A stretch of DNA of 64,000 nucleotides from Oscillospiraceae bacterium (GTDB lineage Bacteria > Bacillota > Clostridia > Oscillospirales > CAG-272): the NCBI GenBank assembly GCA_015064805.1, contig SVRN01000001.1, forward strand, positions 58,302 to 122,301, read 5' to 3'. Shown here one piece after another: positions 60,665 to 64,000 of the stretch (positions are counted from its first letter, which is position 1; the number at the start of each line of letters is the position of its first letter). A program made the position numbers and the translations under genes. The notes under the pieces are model-generated. The model did not search any database. It saw only the letters and a list, made by a program, of their open reading frames with translations, and had not been told where the DNA came from.

Positions 60665-63070
60665 TTATTTTTGTTCAACAGACAAACAAATATTGTCGAT
60701 CTTGATAGTATGGCTGTCGGTTGCGGTAAGCAGGTAGAAGCGGACGAAGTTGACGTTTGAAATATCAAACGGAACCTTATCCTTGCCATTTGTGGCGGTT
60801 GCATCCGCTAAGCGAAGCACGACGTGGTTCCAACCAACCTGCCACTCTTGTCCATACCGACCGAATTCTACGATCTGCTCGCCCGAGAAGGCGATTTCCT
60901 GAACGTCACTTTTTCCGCTCGAGCTCAGCTCCAGCGCGCACATACGCTTCATGCTTTTCAGAGCCTCAAGATCGGAGATATACAGATCAAATTCAATCAC
61001 GTCACGGCCGCTGGCGTCGATTCCGGTTTCCCACGCGTGGAAGGCAAGCGCACCTGCCGCGGGCGTGGTGATGGACCAACAGCCCTCACCCTCGGCGGGA
61101 GAGGTCGTATCCAGTTCAAAGGCACCTTGCGGCTGGGTGTTGCAGCTCTCGATCAAAACGCTGTCCTCCGTTGCTTCGGGCGGACTGTAGGATTCTTCCT
61201 CGTCACCCAAGCACTTCAGTGCGACAAAATAGTGCATGAATTGCTTGTTGCAGTAAGCATTATATCCGCCGGTTTCATAGCGGATATCCAGATAGTAGCA
61301 TACGTCAGGCTCTTCCCAATACGACTCGGGCAGGTCAGGGAGCACGAGCTTAGCGCCCTGATCAAGCAGCATATCCTCAGAGATGATCTCCAAGGAGTCA
61401 TCGCCGTCTTCCTTGACGTAAAGGGTGTAGGTGACGCTTTGACCTACCAAAGGAATATAGAAGGATGGAGCCTCGGTAATGGAAATGTGCGGCATCGTCT
61501 GGATCTTATCAAGGAAAAACGAGGTATCAAACTCGAATCTGTGATCGGCATCCCAGATAAAGGCCTCGGGGAGCATATACGGAATGAAGTAAGAGCTCGT
61601 TTTTGTGCGTACGTGCAACAGCTCGCTCGAGGGATAGGTGCTTCCCAGCGTATACGTGCCAAGCGTGGAGTTATCCTCCAGACTGTGCATGGTAATGACG
61701 CCCCTATTCTCTCCGCTACTGATTCCATAGCATGGCATCTGACGGATTGGGTTGCCCTGCTCGTCAGCTTCGAACATCAGAATGGTTCCGTCGGCGTAAT
61801 AGTAATATACCCCCATCACGCTCTCCCACGTTTTTGTGTTCATCTGATAGAAATAACCGCCGGGAGTGAAGTGATAGAAGATTTCCTTGGCCTCTCCCGC
61901 CATCCAGTCGCCGTCGGTCCACGTACCGTAGACCTCGTTTGCGCATTGAATTTCGTCAAGATAAGGCTCATCGGGCAAATTGATCTCCGGCGCGGGCGGA
62001 GTGGGTGGTGTGACAGGTTCGTCAACTTTTTCCTCACCGATCTGAATGGCGGCGTAGAAATGGGTAATCAGCTGTTGGAAAATATCGCTTGCCTCGTGCG
62101 AGGACGTGGCGACATCAATATAGTACAGTCCGGGCTCATCGGGGAATTTGAGTGCGCAGCTGGACAAAGAATTGGCATCCATGCGCGAGCTTCCCTCTGC
62201 CACAAGCTCAAGAGCTTCGTTGTAAATCTTGTATGAAACCGAATTGATGTGGGCGGTCTGCAGAGCAGGGGGGGCGCTGAAGTGAAATACGTTCAGTTGC
62301 TTGAAATACTCAAGACCGGGCACCTCAAAAGATATGGGCGAAGACATACCGGACAACATGATACTTTCAATATAATAGTTATCCGTGCTCTCTACCGGAC
62401 GCTCATCATCGACGTTCCAGAATTCCACGTGCTCGTCAGTGCATTCGGGACGGATATACACCGTGGATTTCTCCCCCTCGGTTACGGTCATGGTGGTATT
62501 ATAGTACGTCTCGTTGATCTGTAACGTGATTGTGAGATCCGATTTTTTCCAACCGTCCTGTCCCTTTGTCCAGATCTCAATGGTGTTATCGGAAAAAGAA
62601 TATTTTCCTATCTTTCCCGTGCTTGACGTACCGTTGACGTCTATGATATGCACGCGGCCATCGGGCTGGAAATTGTAAACCGTATAAGGAGACGTACTTT
62701 GGGCAAGGCTGTCGGGATCATCGACTGTAGTCCAAGTCGGAAGCCAGTAATTTTTAAGATATCGTACAAAGGTTCCACTCTCCGGCAATTGGACCTCGGG
62801 ATCATCCTGGAAATAATCATCCGGATCCTGCGTGCCGGGACCGTCATCGGGCGGGGCGACCGGGTCGTCGGGCGGCGTGAGGGCGCCGATGATCAGGGAA
62901 ACGGTAATGATGATATACATCGCGGCGGCTGCGGCGGCGATGGCAAATATTTTGGCGCGGTTTTTCTTCTTTTTTTGTGCGGCGGCGGCAAAGGCCTGTG
63001 CAGGGTCTGCCGCGAGCAATACGTACTGGTCGCTGATATGCTCGACCAGCTGACGTGCTTGATTGCTCAT
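60665..63070 (-). CDS. Large single-pass membrane protein coupled to an ECF-type sigma factor (putative anti-sigma/sensor, 801 aa)
   Basis: An ATGA overlap joins it to the sigma gene at 63067-63070. Its N-terminus MSNQARQLVEHISDQYVLLAADPAQAF, basic patch and TM segment (IFAIAAAAAAMYIIITVSLII) are paralogous to those of the protein at 58993-59928. A long beta-rich extracytoplasmic region follows. The upstream 106 codons of the track ORF are antisense to the sigma gene. Confidence 0.65.
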   Translation of the reverse strand: MSNQARQLVEHISDQYVLLAADPAQAFAAAAQKKKKNRAKIFAIAAAAAAMYIIITVSLIIGALTPPDDPVAPPDDGPGTQDPDDYFQDDPEVQLPESGTFVRYLKNYWLPTWTTVDDPDSLAQSTSPYTVYNFQPDGRVHIIDVNGTSSTGKIGKYSFSDNTIEIWTKGQDGWKKSDLTITLQINETYYNTTMTVTEGEKSTVYIRPECTDEHVEFWNVDDERPVESTDNYYIESIMLSGMSSPISFEVPGLEYFKQLNVFHFSAPPALQTAHINSVSYKIYNEALELVAEGSSRMDANSLSSCALKFPDEPGLYYIDVATSSHEASDIFQQLITHFYAAIQIGEEKVDEPVTPPTPPAPEINLPDEPYLDEIQCANEVYGTWTDGDWMAGEAKEIFYHFTPGGYFYQMNTKTWESVMGVYYYYADGTILMFEADEQGNPIRQMPCYGISSGENRGVITMHSLEDNSTLGTYTLGSTYPSSELLHVRTKTSSYFIPYMLPEAFIWDADHRFEFDTSFFLDKIQTMPHISITEAPSFYIPLVGQSVTYTLYVKEDGDDSLEIISEDMLLDQGAKLVLPDLPESYWEEPDVCYYLDIRYETGGYNAYCNKQFMHYFVALKCLGDEEESYSPPEATEDSVLIESCNTQPQGAFELDTTSPAEGEGCWSITTPAAGALAFHAWETGIDASGRDVIEFDLYISDLEALKSMKRMCALELSSSGKSDVQEIAFSGEQIVEFGRYGQEWQVGWNHVVLRLADATATNGKDKVPFDISNVNFVRFYLLTATDSHTIKIDNICLSVEQK

Positions 63071-63621
63071 ATGGATATGCCTCCTTTCTTCAAGTGGCGA
63101 TGGAGCTTTTTGCGCAACGTGTGCAAGCGTTGGTGGACGGCGTTTTCCTTCATGCCGGCGGCTTTGGCCAATTCCTGCACGCTGTCCGAATACCAGTAGC
63201 GGCGCACGAACAGCAGCATATCGCGCTTGTCGAGCATGGCGAGGAAAGTGTTGATCGCCCGTCGTAGCGCGGCAGCATCCTCCGGCAGCGCGACGTCGGC
63301 AAGCGTTTCCTCCAGCTCGTGCAGCGGAACGTCCGATGCGGCACCGCCACGTTTTTGGGCGGTGTTGTGCGCGATGCGATTCAGACACAGATTGCGCACC
63401 GTTTTGAGCAAATACGCTTCAATGGAATTTGGGGTTGTTGGGGGAATGGTCTGCCACAAGTGCAGATAGGCGTCGTTGACGCACTCCTCGGCATCCTGCT
63501 CGTTTTGCAAAATGCTGATTGCCAGCTGCAGGCAGCGTACTCCGTACGCTTGAGCGATCACCTCAAGCGCGCGGTCGGAGCGTTCCCATAGCAGTTGTAT
63601 GATTTTCTCGTCGTTTTTCAT
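63067..63621 (-). CDS. Sigma-70 family (ECF-type) RNA polymerase sigma factor, 184 aa
   Basis: DAEECVNDAYLHLW and VQELAKAAGMKENAVHQRLHTLRKKL are present. It is a close paralogue of the sigma gene at 59925-60479. Confidence 0.8.
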   Translation of the reverse strand: MKNDEKIIQLLWERSDRALEVIAQAYGVRCLQLAISILQNEQDAEECVNDAYLHLWQTIPPTTPNSIEAYLLKTVRNLCLNRIAHNTAQKRGGAASDVPLHELEETLADVALPEDAAALRRAINTFLAMLDKRDMLLFVRRYWYSDSVQELAKAAGMKENAVHQRLHTLRKKLHRHLKKGGISI

Positions 63622-63654
63622 ATGTTTTACCTCGTTGACTCCGGTGTCGTAGAA

Positions 63655-63697
63655 GGGCCTTCACCTATATAGACAGAAAAACTTTGGTTTTCTTATG
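63655..63697 (-). promoter_or_regulatory. Conserved upstream motif shared by both sigma genes (copy 2)
   Basis: The plus strand reads GGGCCTTCACCTATATAGACAGAAAAACTTTGGTTTTCTTATG. Confidence 0.45.
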
Positions 63698-63778
63698 ACA
63701 TTTTCAAATTTTTTTTGAAATTTTACAAAAAAGTTTTTTAGGCAATCCAATTATACCATATTGTCCGTGCCGTTGCAA

Positions 63779-63816
63779 GAAAAAAAAGCTCTCCTGCCAA
63801 AGACAAGAGAGCTTTT
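63779..63816 (-). terminator. Rho-independent terminator
   Basis: The minus strand reads AAAAGCTCTC ttgtctttggcag GAGAGCTTTT followed by a T-run. Confidence 0.65.
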
Positions 63817-63818
63817 GA

Positions 63819-64000
63819 TCAATATTGAGACGTGCGATACTTTTTGAGAATGAATCTCCAAAGGAAGAAGGCGGCGCAGATCACGACGATCACCAGCGCG
63901 ATGACGTGAATGGTATCGCCGACCGACGACTCGATCTTCAGCTGTTCCCACAGCTCGTTGGAAATGGCCTGGGTATCGGCGTCGAGCATGTGGTAGTATT
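63819..64000 (-). CDS. 3' end of a gene entering from the right edge; the protein has a C-terminal TM anchor
   Basis: My translation of the minus strand gives ...YYHMLDADTQAISNELWEQLKIESSVGDTIHVIALVIVVICAAFFLWRFILKKYRTSQY, with a TGA stop at 63819-63821. The 66-aa track ORF in another frame was rejected. Confidence 0.5.
   Translation of the reverse strand, partial: YYHMLDADTQAISNELWEQLKIESSVGDTIHVIALVIVVICAAFFLWRFILKKYRTSQY

Noticed and set aside
63071-63388. The N-terminal 106 codons of the 907-aa track ORF (GTG start at 63388).
   Set aside because: This stretch overlaps the sigma-factor gene in another frame and is Arg/Ala-rich. The ATG at 63070 has the ATGA coupling and matches the paralogue's N-terminus.
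1-64000. Mobile-element hallmarks (integrase, transposase, IS inverted repeats, tRNA attachment site) that could explain the low-GC island.
   Set aside because: None was recognisable in the window. Mobility of the island therefore rests only on composition and remains an inference. The left boundary lies outside the window.

Overview
This window is a high-GC chromosomal segment of Firmicutes/Clostridia type. Spot counts of individual 60-nt lines give about 58-62% GC. Housekeeping genes include rnfCDGEAB, apbE, nrdDG, murE, murB, whiA, dnaE, dxs and fakA/degV. Glycan-foraging enzymes are interspersed: a GH29 fucosidase, a GH78 rhamnosidase, a SASA-type esterase, an M28 peptidase and a Gfo/Idh/MocA oxidoreductase. 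A gut Oscillospiraceae/Ruminococcaceae-like anaerobe is a plausible host, but that is inference only. I found no rRNA, tRNA, CRISPR array, transposase or integrase. The stand-out region is the left ~6.7 kb. It is compositionally distinct (about 45-47% GC by spot counts) and carries one tightly coupled minus-strand operon read from a near-consensus promoter at 6670-6698. The operon encodes (1) a 693-aa orphan helical protein with a single QxxDGxWG motif, (2) a 457-aa ParA/MinD-like ATPase whose P-loop lysine is replaced by arginine (KGGSGRST) and which carries a large insertion, (3) a 917-aa protein with a central TIR domain that retains the candidate catalytic Glu, and (4) a YkgJ-like Cys-cluster protein that runs off the left edge. 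I cannot match this gene combination to any TIR system I know (Thoeris, CBASS/Pycsar effectors, SPARTA, TIR-STAND). I flag it as the candidate undescribed defence/conflict system. Secondary items: an rnf operon with a duplicated-FMN-domain RnfG, followed by an extracytoplasmic flavinylation-like module (NusG_II protein, Gx transporter, a two-domain lipoprotein with SAGCT in place of SGAT, ApbE); a six-gene fatty-acid/lysolipid operon (DegV, FakA, MFS_2 transporter, acyl-AMP ligase-ACP fusion, PlsC, alpha/beta hydrolase); two tandem paralogous ECF-type sigma / membrane-sensor modules sharing an upstream motif; and several regulatory palindromes. All domain calls come from motif recognition by eye. 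No database search was possible. Many long antisense ORFs in the track are high-GC shadow ORFs and were rejected.
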